Virus record (IMG/VR): IMGVR_UViG_3300036944_000513
Coordinates: 37,644 to 101,643 of that record
Strand: one strand, 5' to 3'
From: a virus
Taxonomy: Duplodnaviria > Heunggongvirae > Uroviricota > Caudoviricetes
Length of the DNA: 64,000 bases
The translations under genes and the position numbers were made by a program. Positions 54,620 through 63,579 of this stretch are shown one piece after another. The number at the start of each line of letters is the position of its first letter. Positions within the stretch are counted from its first letter, which is position 1. Below the pieces are notes generated by a model. That model was given only the letters and a program-made list of their open reading frames with translations. It did not search any database and was not told the origin of the DNA.

Positions 54620-55368
54620 TATTTACTTTCTTTCACCCAAGGTAATTTGCCGTTTAAATAATTCGACATTACCTTATTACCATTTATAAAAAATTCTTTT
54701 TGCACAGAATTTGGAGTATTACCTGCTCGGTAATTAACTGAGTATTTATACGTAGAATCAAAATCCAGATACTTATTACTCAAGAAATTATAAATTGCCC
54801 TATCAATTTCCATGACTCCCGGCTGTCTAAATTTCCTATACCAAATTGGCGACATTTCTATTGCAATATTTTTTGGAATAATGTAACAATTTACATCAAC
54901 AAAAAAGTCATTTGAATTTATAACAGTATGCCATTGCCCAAGACTTTCACAGTTATCTTGGCACAAGAAATTGCTATCTGCATCAATGATGTTTCTAAGG
55001 GAATATGCCCATACATTAGGCTTCTTAGTCACTGCATGTACCATTGATGCTACGTGGCCTCTTTCTAACGTGTTATCGTCATCCAGATAGATGACATAAT
55101 CACCTTTCATTAGATAAGTACACGCACCATAAATTCGATGCCCATTGTATCCATCTTCGCCAACTGAATATGGCAAAATAATGAATTCAGTATTTGCGTT
55201 ACCATACTTATAGATAGCGCTCATGGCATCGCCTTGGCGGTGTTTACCATCAACTACTACCAGATGTTGTATGTTCTTATATGTTTGCTCTGCAACGCTT
55301 TTAAGAGTGTACTCCAGAAATTTGGAGCCAGTGGTCGCAGTTATAATTGTTACTAATGGTTCAGACAT
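54619..55368 (-). CDS. family 2 glycosyltransferase
   Basis: TIITATTGSKFLEYTLKSVAEQTY...VVVDG...YLDDDN (GT2 DxD). Confidence 0.65.
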   Translation of the reverse strand: MSEPLVTIITATTGSKFLEYTLKSVAEQTYKNIQHLVVVDGKHRQGDAMSAIYKYGNANTEFIILPYSVGEDGYNGHRIYGACTYLMKGDYVIYLDDDNTLERGHVASMVHAVTKKPNVWAYSLRNIIDADSNFLCQDNCESLGQWHTVINSNDFFVDVNCYIIPKNIAIEMSPIWYRKFRQPGVMEIDRAIYNFLSNKYLDFDSTYKYSVNYRAGNTPNSVQKEFFINGNKVMSNYLNGKLPWVKESK

Positions 55369-56074
55369 TTGATTTATATCCCTTTATCATTCTATCATCA
55401 AAGACCCAAAGATGGTCTATATCATATTTTTTTCTGTAATGCCAAATATCAGGCTCAGAAATTTCAAGTCGCGGCGTAACTGGTTTGGTATGCTTTACTG
55501 GATACTTATCAATGAATGCAACCCAGCCACCTAACTCAGTTCTACCAGTATAAGATTCTAGCACCCATTGCCAAGAATATTCTAATCCATATCCCATACT
55601 ATATGGAGCAGTATCAAAGTCAAATACGCAATTAGCAAATGCTTTTTGCGAGAAAAATGGACACATGATTTCAACAGTATTAGTTATCCTAAAATCATAT
55701 CCTTCATGTTTCAATGTCTGGGGATGCGATATGTAACTATCATGAGTCAAAGTTGGCTGGCATAAATCAAATTTATGATACTTTGCCATTTTAAAAATAT
55801 TGTCTATTGTTTCTGGCGTAGTTTCAATATCATCATCAATATTTCCAATAAACTCATACTTAGAATATATTTCAGGAGTTATATGACGCTTCATCAATGG
55901 GAATTTATATCCCTTGTCTTTTATTACCCACTTTGCTTTATTAATAACTTCGGGTGAGTAATCCGCATCATCATAAATCAATAAAAAAACATCAAAGTTG
56001 TATTGAGAATAATCTCCCCACTTTTGATGTAATGCATCTTTACCGCAACATATTACTAGTAAATTTGGCTTCAT
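55361..56074 (-). CDS. putative nucleotide-diphospho-sugar transferase-like protein
   Basis: LLIYDDAD and GNIDDD acidic motifs; 237 aa. Confidence 0.4.
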   Translation of the reverse strand: MKPNLLVICCGKDALHQKWGDYSQYNFDVFLLIYDDADYSPEVINKAKWVIKDKGYKFPLMKRHITPEIYSKYEFIGNIDDDIETTPETIDNIFKMAKYHKFDLCQPTLTHDSYISHPQTLKHEGYDFRITNTVEIMCPFFSQKAFANCVFDFDTAPYSMGYGLEYSWQWVLESYTGRTELGGWVAFIDKYPVKHTKPVTPRLEISEPDIWHYRKKYDIDHLWVFDDRMIKGYKSNV

Positions 56075-57069
56075 AAAAATACATCCTTAAATTTGCTCAT
56101 TACCAACTCAGGGGAGAATGATTTAACTCTTTTACTCCATTCAATATTAGTCATGCTAGGCAACTCTTGAATTTTATCAATTAAATTTGATTCTTCATAA
56201 AGAAGTCCAGAGTTATTTAACATCAAAAGATGATTTAAGTCATGTCCACCATTAAATGCTAATATCGGCTTATTTAAGTATAGAAATTCTGCAATGGATA
56301 GTCCAAAAGATTCGCCCCGCATTCTAGCATGAATTCCCGCATCGCATGAATTGATAATATCAGTTTTTAATTGAACATCATGAATCTCTTGCGTAAATTT
56401 TACATTTGGATGATTTATCCATGGAGCAGTGCCAATAAACAAGAATACAAATTTATCGGTTTTAGATACCAAATATTCAATTTGCTTTTTAACAAACTCA
56501 ATATCAAAAGTATAATATCCACCAATTCTACCAATTAAAAATTGATCAGGTCTTACGCCAAGCATATCTCTATAATTCTTGGTTGGCTCCGGCAACTTTA
56601 CAATATGTGGAACATATGGAACTTTTTGTTTTGTGATAGAATATACATGCCTAGATAGCCATTCTGAAATATATGCATACCTATCTCCATGCGGCTCAAA
56701 TTCTTGAAACACGCAATGCACAGCAGTCTTGGCAGTATTAATAACTTTCTCATCAAATGCATCATATGGAAGTTCTTGTGCTTTGCAACCAGCCTTAATA
56801 AAATATGCAAGATCGAGATTTTCTTTCTCGCATATGTTACTAACTTCTCTGAATGCATGATCGCCATTATAACCAATAACTTCAAATTCTTCTTTGAATT
56901 TATCTATTACTGCTTGCTCGTTGCCTTCATCTTTTACATATTTGTGATTAGAATTATATAAGATTACGCTTTCATTCCCCAATATTTCTTGGTTATATCT
57001 AGCGTAATCTCGTACTGCAACAGCAACACCTCTATAATTTAGAGTATGTGTATGAAACAGAACTTTCAT
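56071..57069 (-). CDS. GT-B glycosyltransferase (GT4-like)
   Basis: The C-terminal GESFGLSIAEFLYLNKPILA matches the GT4 E-x7-E region. Confidence 0.55.
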   Translation of the reverse strand: MKVLFHTHTLNYRGVAVAVRDYARYNQEILGNESVILYNSNHKYVKDEGNEQAVIDKFKEEFEVIGYNGDHAFREVSNICEKENLDLAYFIKAGCKAQELPYDAFDEKVINTAKTAVHCVFQEFEPHGDRYAYISEWLSRHVYSITKQKVPYVPHIVKLPEPTKNYRDMLGVRPDQFLIGRIGGYYTFDIEFVKKQIEYLVSKTDKFVFLFIGTAPWINHPNVKFTQEIHDVQLKTDIINSCDAGIHARMRGESFGLSIAEFLYLNKPILAFNGGHDLNHLLMLNNSGLLYEESNLIDKIQELPSMTNIEWSKRVKSFSPELVMSKFKDVFL

Positions 57070-58361
57070 CAGTTATCCCATTTTTCCAATACAGACTCGA
57101 TATATGAAAATACCGCATCATTATAATGAGGTGGGCAACCAACAAAGAATACATGACTCAATGCCCGATTTGCATTTGGATATTTTGTATAGTCATCTAG
57201 ATGTTTGTAACCGGGATGCATTAGAATATTGCCAGCAAAATAGTTGCGAGTTTGAATCTTATTTGCTTCTAAGTGTTTTTGCAAACGTTCTTTTTGAATT
57301 TGGCTACGGCAAATAATAGGAACTCCAAACCAACTTGGATCAGCTAGATCATGATGTGATGCAACACGAATTCCGTTGACATGATTAGTCAAAATACTTT
57401 GAAACTTAATTTTATTCTCTCGGCGAGACTTGTCAACAATTTCCATTTTGTCAAGTTGTGCCAATCCGATGGAACCTTGCATATCCAATGGCTTTAGATT
57501 GTATCCCATGTTTGTAAATAGATACTTGTGGTCAATGACGCCCTCATAGCCATCAAGCCACTTATCAAAGCGTTTGCCGCATGTGCCACATGGCAATAGA
57601 TTATTAGCACCTACGCAGTAGCAATCACGACCCCACCATGCAATGCTTCTAACAGTATTCATGAAATCTGCATCATTGGAGCAAATCATTCCACCTTCAC
57701 CCGTAGTAATATGATGAGCAGGATAGAACGAAGTTGTCCATGCAGTATAATATTCAGTTAGAAATTCACCATTCCAGCGTGAACCAAGACTATCGCAGTT
57801 ATCACCAATCAACATGATATCATGGTCAAATGCAAGTTGTTGCAAATAATCCATATCAGGAGGATTGCCCAATACTGGAGACACGAAAATAGCTACAGTT
57901 TTATCAGTAATCTTTTCTGCAATCTTTGTTACATCAAAGTTTAATGTATTGAGTTCAATATCAACGAATACTGGAGTAAGATTGTTTTGTGCAATTGGCG
58001 CAATTGTAGTTGGGAATCCAACGGGAGAAACAATAATCTCTGCACCATCTTCCCATTTATAGAATTTTTTAAGTGCAGTAATAAGCACTAGATTGGCTGA
58101 ACTGCCAGAGTTAACCATGTGTGCATGTTCGACATTGAACATGGTAGCAAACTTCTCTTGAAACTTCTGAACTTGTTCACCTGATGGCAACCATGCACCA
58201 GTTAGAAAAGTCTTCATTGCACCATAAATTTCATTATGATCCCACAATGGGCCAGCATAATAAACGGGACTTACTCCGGGAACAAATGTTTCTTGATTGT
58301 AGGTGTATGGAGGCTTAACAGTTTTGCTAATTTCCATGAGAATTTCATCTAGATTTTCCAT
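57069..58361 (-). CDS. DegT/DnrJ/EryC1-family PLP-dependent enzyme (CDP-4-keto-6-deoxyglucose 3-dehydrase DdhC/RfbH-like)
   Basis: 430 aa with N-terminal region and overall length typical of E1 dehydrases and sugar aminotransferases; SGSSANL. Confidence 0.6.
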   Translation of the reverse strand: MENLDEILMEISKTVKPPYTYNQETFVPGVSPVYYAGPLWDHNEIYGAMKTFLTGAWLPSGEQVQKFQEKFATMFNVEHAHMVNSGSSANLVLITALKKFYKWEDGAEIIVSPVGFPTTIAPIAQNNLTPVFVDIELNTLNFDVTKIAEKITDKTVAIFVSPVLGNPPDMDYLQQLAFDHDIMLIGDNCDSLGSRWNGEFLTEYYTAWTTSFYPAHHITTGEGGMICSNDADFMNTVRSIAWWGRDCYCVGANNLLPCGTCGKRFDKWLDGYEGVIDHKYLFTNMGYNLKPLDMQGSIGLAQLDKMEIVDKSRRENKIKFQSILTNHVNGIRVASHHDLADPSWFGVPIICRSQIQKERLQKHLEANKIQTRNYFAGNILMHPGYKHLDDYTKYPNANRALSHVFFVGCPPHYNDAVFSYIESVLEKWDN

Positions 58362-58439
58362 AATTTTTCATTCTGTAGTCAAAGGGGGTTAATGTAAGCG
58401 TCAATTATAATATAGCTTTAATATAATATCAATACATAT

Positions 58440-58634
58440 TTATATTCTTCCAAGTAGCCAATCTAACATTTCGTCTTCTTGGAGCGCGTAGCCTTGGTCT
58501 TGGTAATATTCTTTACAGTCTTTGCAGTAGTGACCGTATTTGGAGGTGCGATTTTTGTTTTCGTCGAACGATTTGATAGAGAGATAAAAGCCGCCCCCTT
58601 CTTTGATATCGTGACCACAGGTTCCAGTGAGCAT
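58440..58634 (-). CDS. hypothetical Cys-rich protein
   Basis: CGHD...YCKDCKEYY. Confidence 0.4.
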   Translation of the reverse strand: MLTGTCGHDIKEGGGFYLSIKSFDENKNRTSKYGHYCKDCKEYYQDQGYALQEDEMLDWLLGRI

Positions 58635-58819
58635 GAATGATAATCCTCGTATTCTTGTTTTGTTATTTTCTTATACGTGGTATTATTTATCCATTCTATG
58701 CTTTCATTAGTTCTTAGCATACTGGTCAACTCAAATCCTCTACAATAAAGATCATGGGTGAATCCATGTTTCCATACTGTAGTTAAACAAATATAATCGT
58801 CGCGGGTAACACTATCCAT
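58463..58819 (-). CDS. hypothetical protein (frame conflict with 58440..58634; possible frameshift)
   Basis: The in-frame ATG at 58819 avoids overlap with the tRNA. The N-terminal half looks protein-like, whereas the C-terminal half is low-complexity and overlaps the Cys-rich ORF in another frame. Confidence 0.3.
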   Translation of the reverse strand: MDSVTRDDYICLTTVWKHGFTHDLYCRGFELTSMLRTNESIEWINNTTYKKITKQEYEDYHSCSLEPVVTISKKGAAFISLSNRSTKTKIAPPNTVTTAKTVKNITKTKATRSKKTKC

Positions 58820-58837
58820 ATTATTTTTATTATATTT

Positions 58838-58912
58838 TGGTCCGGGATGACGGAATCGAACCGCCATTTAGGGAGTAGAAATCCCCTGTATTATCCATTA
58901 TACGAATCCCAG
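58838..58912 (-). tRNA. tRNA-Arg (anticodon UCU)
   Basis: 75-nt cloverleaf: 7-bp acceptor stem, GTAT/ATAC D-stem, anticodon loop TT-TCT-AC, T-arm GGCGG-TTCGATT-CCGTC, encoded CCA. Confidence 0.85.
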
Positions 58913-58967
58913 ATAATTTATTCCGCTTACGTTTATGCGGAAACACCTAAGTGTTCGTGGGGTCTAA

Positions 58968-59213
58968 TTACTTAGAAAATACGTCTGCACCAAACATTTT
59001 GTATGCCAATGCAACCGCAGTTGTGCTATCACCGAGTTGGTAAAAAGTTCCGGTCTTGGTTTTGGTGGTATAGATTGCGTGACCCTCTGAGCGGAGTTCG
59101 CTAATGCGACCATGAACGGAATGACTTCCACCCGCAGCAACCATCGATACCAATTTAGCAGCACTAACTTGTTTACCGCTCTTCAAGACTTTCAAAATTT
59201 TTGCTTTAAGCAT
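58968..59213 (-). CDS. hypothetical winged-helix-like DNA-binding protein
   Basis: 81 aa; an HTH-like segment AAKLVSMVAAGGSHSVHGRISELRSEGH. Confidence 0.4.
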   Translation of the reverse strand: MLKAKILKVLKSGKQVSAAKLVSMVAAGGSHSVHGRISELRSEGHAIYTTKTKTGTFYQLGDSTTAVALAYKMFGADVFSK

Positions 59214-59270
59214 AATATAACTCCATAAAATAAATTAAAAAATATGCAGTAGCTACCGCATGCTCACATT

Positions 59271-59477
59271 CTACAACAATTCATCTTCATTGTCAAGAGA
59301 AATTTTATCTAAAGTTGATTTTAATTTATCTCGGTAGTCCATCCCACCAGTTTTAATTTGTAATCTTATAGGATGCAATAACACATTTACTAACTTATTT
59401 GAAAAATCTTCTAACACAATGTTAGCATCTTTTCCGTTCTTTAATTGTATTATTGCCTTCTCTATATGATTACTCAT
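59271..59477 (-). CDS. hypothetical protein
   Basis: 68-aa ORF. Confidence 0.4.
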   Translation of the reverse strand: MSNHIEKAIIQLKNGKDANIVLEDFSNKLVNVLLHPIRLQIKTGGMDYRDKLKSTLDKISLDNEDELL

Positions 59478-59667
59478 TCAATAGAGTTTTATTTGCTGGG
59501 ATTGAATTTTCTGGCATAGTTTCAGTCAATGGCTTATATTGAGTATTGTCAATATATTCAACCATTACTTCTTTTCCAAAAATTTCATTCCATCGTGTAG
59601 CATATTCTAAATTAGAAACGCTAAATGGTCTAGGAGAACTGCCTTTTCCGCCGTCTGATGTTGCCAT
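59470..59667 (-). CDS. hypothetical protein
   Basis: 65-aa ORF. Confidence 0.4.
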   Translation of the reverse strand: MATSDGGKGSSPRPFSVSNLEYATRWNEIFGKEVMVEYIDNTQYKPLTETMPENSIPANKTLLNE

Positions 59668-59683
59668 ATAATTACCTTAAAAA

Positions 59684-59760
59684 TGGTGCGACTTGTTGGG
59701 CTCGAACCAACGACCAATCGATTATGAGTCGAATGCTCTGACCAACTGAGCTAAAGTCGC
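59684..59760 (-). tRNA. tRNA-Met (anticodon CAU; elongator-type, or a lysidine-modified tRNA-Ile2)
   Basis: 77-nt cloverleaf: acceptor GCGACTT/AAGTCGC, D-arm GCTC/GAGC, anticodon loop CT-CAT-AA, T-arm GTTGG-TTCGAGC-CCAAC, encoded CCA. Confidence 0.85.
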
Positions 59761-59805
59761 ATAGAGAACCAGTCCGTACCAAATGAGGCAGAGGGACTAG
59801 CCGTG

Positions 59806-60300
59806 TTAAACTGCTGCTTCTGCTTGCTCCTGTTCAGCCAGAATACGTTTCAATCTATCAGCACAGAAGCTGGCTGCGGGAGCATCTGGTTTAACCATTG
59901 GTGTCATGTTACATGTACCTTTGATATAACCAATTGCTTGCTGAACCACGCAAGAGCTTCCATGCTCATCGGATTTGTTCAAATCCAAATGAACTTCTAC
60001 GTGACGATCTTCAAGAACATCTTGCAATTCTTGGAACAATTCAGAAACTTTATAGACTTCTGACATTAAACGCAAAGCTGGCTTAGATTTTTTGTGGTCG
60101 TAGTCAATTTCACGTTGAACATAACCAAAAATCTTGCAACCATGTTTGCCATCAATATGAACAACTACCGCCAAAGCATAGTCCGCATACCAAACTCCAT
60201 CAATGCGGATTCTTTCCGAATCTGCCCCAAGATAGATTTTTGTTTCTGGCCCCTGTGCCAAGATGAACTCTTTAGTTTTAGCTATGTCGAAGGTTTTCAT
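59806..60300 (-). CDS. conserved hypothetical protein (possible RNase-H-like fold)
   Basis: In-frame ATG at 60300 (the track start is TTG); 165 aa; KIYLGADSERIRIDGVWYADYALAVVVHIDG. Confidence 0.45.
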   Translation of the reverse strand: MKTFDIAKTKEFILAQGPETKIYLGADSERIRIDGVWYADYALAVVVHIDGKHGCKIFGYVQREIDYDHKKSKPALRLMSEVYKVSELFQELQDVLEDRHVEVHLDLNKSDEHGSSCVVQQAIGYIKGTCNMTPMVKPDAPAASFCADRLKRILAEQEQAEAAV

Positions 60301-60331
60301 TTCATGTACCAATGTAGTTAATGTGTGACGG

Positions 60332-60360
60332 ATTGTACCATCGTTTTTCAATGTTGTCAA
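60332..60360 (-). promoter_or_regulatory. sigma70-type promoter (-35 TTGACA, 17 bp, -10 TACAAT)
   Basis: Read on the minus strand, upstream of 59806..60300. Confidence 0.45.
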
Positions 60361-60399
60361 GCATTACATGTATTTATACGACTTTGAAGATAAAAAACA

Positions 60400-60407
60400 T
60401 ATAAATA
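60400..60407 (+). promoter_or_regulatory. T4-type late promoter box TATAAATA
   Basis: Exact box in the divergent intergenic region, heading the plus-strand block 60495..64000. A second box lies on the minus strand at 60371..60378. Confidence 0.45.
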
Positions 60408-60494
60408 TAGGGAATAAGTAAAATTAAATTATAGTGATTGCAGATTTATACTATTGGTTGATTATATCATCTAATCCATTAAATCCGCCCTATA

Positions 60495-60713
60495 ATGTTT
60501 GCACATATTCTAGCATTTCAGCTTTCATCTGTCCACGTTTTACCATATGAAAATTATAATCATTGGTCAAAATTAAAGGAAGTCTGCGAAAGTAAATCGT
60601 CAATCAATGGTAAACCAGTAACCTATTCCGCAAATGAATATGTTAAATCTGGTAGTGGAAATTCGTTCGTTATTTGCAGATGGGCATTAGTGCCATTAAA
60701 GGATAAAAAATGA
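60495..60713 (+). CDS. hypothetical protein
   Basis: 72 aa; ATGA coupling to the next gene. Confidence 0.4.
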   Translation: MFAHILAFQLSSVHVLPYENYNHWSKLKEVCESKSSINGKPVTYSANEYVKSGSGNSFVICRWALVPLKDKK

Positions 60714-61201
60714 TAGATCCATTTACCGCTTTCGCTATGGCTCAGGGGGCAGTTAAAGGAATTAAGGCAGCAATTGCATTGGGCAAAGATGTTAAAGGTC
60801 TTATAGACGATTTTAGCAAGTTTTATTCAAGTGCAGATGCGGTGCATGCGGCAAGCACCAAAATGAAAATTGATAATATCGGGAAAACCGATGCCCAAAT
60901 AAGTTCAGATGCTTTAAAAATTGCAATGGCATCTAAAGCATTAAGAGAGCATGAGAAAGAATTAAAGGATATTTTATTTTGGTCAGGTAATGCGCCGGTA
61001 TGGGAAGAAATGATGGCAGAGCGCACACGTATGACCAAAGAACGTAATGCAGCAGAAAAAGCAATTGCTGATAAGAAGCAAAAAGATAGAGAAGCAATGT
61101 ACAATTTATTCATGAATATGTTAATTTTTATTGCATGCGTTGCACTCTCTGCGCCTATTATATGGCTAACTTTTTATGTAATAACGAATCGAGGATTTTA
61201 A
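60710..61201 (+). CDS. hypothetical protein with a C-terminal TM anchor
   Basis: AAGGA SD; C-terminal LIFIACVALSAPIIWLTFYVI. Confidence 0.5.
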   Translation: MIDPFTAFAMAQGAVKGIKAAIALGKDVKGLIDDFSKFYSSADAVHAASTKMKIDNIGKTDAQISSDALKIAMASKALREHEKELKDILFWSGNAPVWEEMMAERTRMTKERNAAEKAIADKKQKDREAMYNLFMNMLIFIACVALSAPIIWLTFYVITNRGF

Positions 61202-61202
61202 A

Positions 61203-61811
61203 GTGGCAATATATATGCAAATTGGTGCGGGGGCAGGGGACAGAGATTCTAGATTAGATTTCAGAGACGGATTTACTGAGTTAGTTAAAAAACAAGATAA
61301 AAGTACAATTGATAAAATAATTTTAATCGAGCCCAATTTAACAAATATTCCAGAATTAACCGTATGCTGGAAAGATTATCCACAGGCAGTTATTTATCAA
61401 ATTGGTATATGTCTAGAATCTGCAATGGAAAAGTCTATAACATTTTTTTATGTAGAAGAAGATGCGCCACATTTTCAAGTATTTTCCATGAATAAAGAAC
61501 ATGTCCAAAAACACTATCCAGATAAAGAAATTAAATCAAAAATTGTTCAATGCAAAACGTTAATAGAATTTTTAAATGAAAATTTAAATGGGGCGTCTAT
61601 TGATACATTGGCAATAGACATTGAAGGAATAGACGCCGAATTAGTTTTAGAAACAGATTGGACTAAAATAGATTGCAGATATATTTCCATTGAGCATTTA
61701 CATTTAGGAGATAATTCAGAAAAAGTAAAACAGAAATTGATAGATGCGGGATACAAATATAATGGAGATGGAATAGATCATAAAGGGTATGATTGGTCAT
61801 TTATAAAATAA
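61203..61811 (+). CDS. FkbM-family methyltransferase
   Basis: MQIGAGAGD (SAM-binding glycine loop) and AIDIEGIDAELVL (the FkbM DIEG.E motif); GTG start with a GAGGAT SD. Confidence 0.6.
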   Translation: MAIYMQIGAGAGDRDSRLDFRDGFTELVKKQDKSTIDKIILIEPNLTNIPELTVCWKDYPQAVIYQIGICLESAMEKSITFFYVEEDAPHFQVFSMNKEHVQKHYPDKEIKSKIVQCKTLIEFLNENLNGASIDTLAIDIEGIDAELVLETDWTKIDCRYISIEHLHLGDNSEKVKQKLIDAGYKYNGDGIDHKGYDWSFIK

Positions 61812-61829
61812 ATAATAAAGGATTTTAGA

Positions 61830-62624
61830 GTGAAAAAATATAAAACAATTTTTATATCGGATATCCATTTAGGAACGCGGGATTGTAAAGCAGATAAATT
61901 AATTAATTTCTTAAAAAATAATAGCTGTGAAACATTATATCTAGTCGGGGATATTATTGATGCTTGGAGAATACAGCAAAATAAATGGCAGTGGAAACAA
62001 AGTCACACCAATGTAGTTAGAAGTATACTTAATCATGCTAAAAAGGGAACTAAAATCATTTATGTGACAGGGAATCACGATGAGTTTCTAAGACCACTTA
62101 TTCCTTATAGCATTGGATTTGGTAATGTAGAGATATTAAATCAAGTCACACATGTGGGAGTGGATGGTAAAAAATATCTCGTAATACACGGTGATTTATT
62201 TGATGGCATTACTAAACTGGCTCCGTGGATATCTTTCCTTGGAGATAAAGCGTATGACTTTATTTTAGGAGTTAATAATAAATACAACTGGATTCGCCAT
62301 AAATTTGGATTTGGATATTTTAGTATCAGTCGATATCTAAAGCATAAAGTAAAAACTGCGGTTGATTTTATTTTTAAATTTGAAGAAAATCTTACTAAGT
62401 ATTGTAAGAAACGTGGATTTGATGGCGTGATTTGTGGGCATATTCATCATGCTGAAATAAAAGAAATCGATGGAATTGCTTATATGAATGATGGTGATTG
62501 GGTTGAATCTTGTACCGCTTTGGTAGAACACCATGACGGAAGATGGGAAATTATTACTTGGACATTGGAAAAAGATAATGAAAAGAATTCTAATAATAAC
62601 GGACAATCTACCGGGCCAAATTAA
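61830..62624 (+). CDS. LpxH-family metallophosphoesterase (UDP-2,3-diacylglucosamine pyrophosphatase-like)
   Basis: FISDIHLG, LYLVGDIIDAWRI, YVTGNHDEF, LVIHGDLFDG, ICGHIHHAEIKEI and DGDWVESCTALV track the E. coli LpxH motif order (FIADLHLC, LYILGDLFEAWIGDD, FIHGNRDFL, LIMHGDTL, LIHGHTHRPAVHEL, GAWHTEG). Confidence 0.6.
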   Translation: MKKYKTIFISDIHLGTRDCKADKLINFLKNNSCETLYLVGDIIDAWRIQQNKWQWKQSHTNVVRSILNHAKKGTKIIYVTGNHDEFLRPLIPYSIGFGNVEILNQVTHVGVDGKKYLVIHGDLFDGITKLAPWISFLGDKAYDFILGVNNKYNWIRHKFGFGYFSISRYLKHKVKTAVDFIFKFEENLTKYCKKRGFDGVICGHIHHAEIKEIDGIAYMNDGDWVESCTALVEHHDGRWEIITWTLEKDNEKNSNNNGQSTGPN

Positions 62625-63579
62625 TGGCGTAGTTACTACATTTAGCAATATTGAACGCATCGCTAAGGAAGATGGGTATGAATTTTTTTATATCAATCCT
62701 GAGCAATTTACATATATAAATGCATATGGATATCCAGAAGTAAAATTATCTTTCCCATGGAGAATTGGGAAGAAAATCAGGGAAATAAATCCAGATTATA
62801 TTCATATAGCAACTGAGGGGCCAATAGGTCTGGCTGCAAGTCTATGGTGCTGGAAATATGATTATAAGTTTAATACCAGCTATCACACAAAATTTCCCGA
62901 ATTTTTAAAAGAAGTTTATGGAATACCGACATGGATAACATATCGGTATGTCAAGTGGTTTCATAGACATTCTGGCAAAGTATTAACAACGACTCAGACA
63001 ATGGTCGATGATTTACATGCACATGGATTTAAAACAAATATAATCCCATGGACACGCGGAGTTGACAGAAATATATTTAGAAGCGAGTTACGAAACGTAG
63101 AGAAAGTACATCCACCCGTATTATTAAGTGTTGGCAGAATAAGTAAAGAAAAGGGGCTCGATGATTTTTGTGAATTGAAATATCCAAAGGCAAAAAAGAT
63201 TATAGTTGGTGATGGGCCATATCGCAATGAATTGCAAGAAAAGTATCCAGACATAGAATTTGTTGGAACTAAAACTGGCGTAGAACTTGCAACTTATTAC
63301 GCAAATGCTGATGTGTTTGTATTTACTAGTAAACATGATACATTTGGGATAGTGATGATAGAAGCATTGGCAGTCGGCACACCAGTGGCGGCATATCCTG
63401 TTGCTGGCCCAAAAGATATTATACAGAATAGAAAGACTGGATATATGCACAGTGATTTAAAGTATGCGGTGAAACAGTCTCTTAGTATAAATAGAAAATT
63501 GATTGAATCCGAAAGTTTAAAATGGTCTTGGGATAATTGCTGGAAAATATTTAAAGAAAATTTAATAAAGGTAAAATAA
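62578..63579 (+). CDS. GT4-family glycosyltransferase
   Basis: N-terminal KRILIITDNLPGQINGVVTTFSNI is typical of GT4 (SqdX- and glycolipid-synthase-like); the C-terminus has E-x7-E (TFGIVMIEALAVGTPV). Confidence 0.65.
   Translation: MKRILIITDNLPGQINGVVTTFSNIERIAKEDGYEFFYINPEQFTYINAYGYPEVKLSFPWRIGKKIREINPDYIHIATEGPIGLAASLWCWKYDYKFNTSYHTKFPEFLKEVYGIPTWITYRYVKWFHRHSGKVLTTTQTMVDDLHAHGFKTNIIPWTRGVDRNIFRSELRNVEKVHPPVLLSVGRISKEKGLDDFCELKYPKAKKIIVGDGPYRNELQEKYPDIEFVGTKTGVELATYYANADVFVFTSKHDTFGIVMIEALAVGTPVAAYPVAGPKDIIQNRKTGYMHSDLKYAVKQSLSINRKLIESESLKWSWDNCWKIFKENLIKVK

Noticed and set aside
58964-59164. Alternative-frame ORF 58964..59164
   Set aside because: It lies out of frame inside the better-supported 58968..59213 ORF, which has an HTH-like sequence.
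62533-62577. Upstream ATG (62533) for the GT4 gene
   Set aside because: It would overlap the LpxH-like gene by 92 nt. The conserved GT4 N-terminus starts at MKRILIIT (62578).
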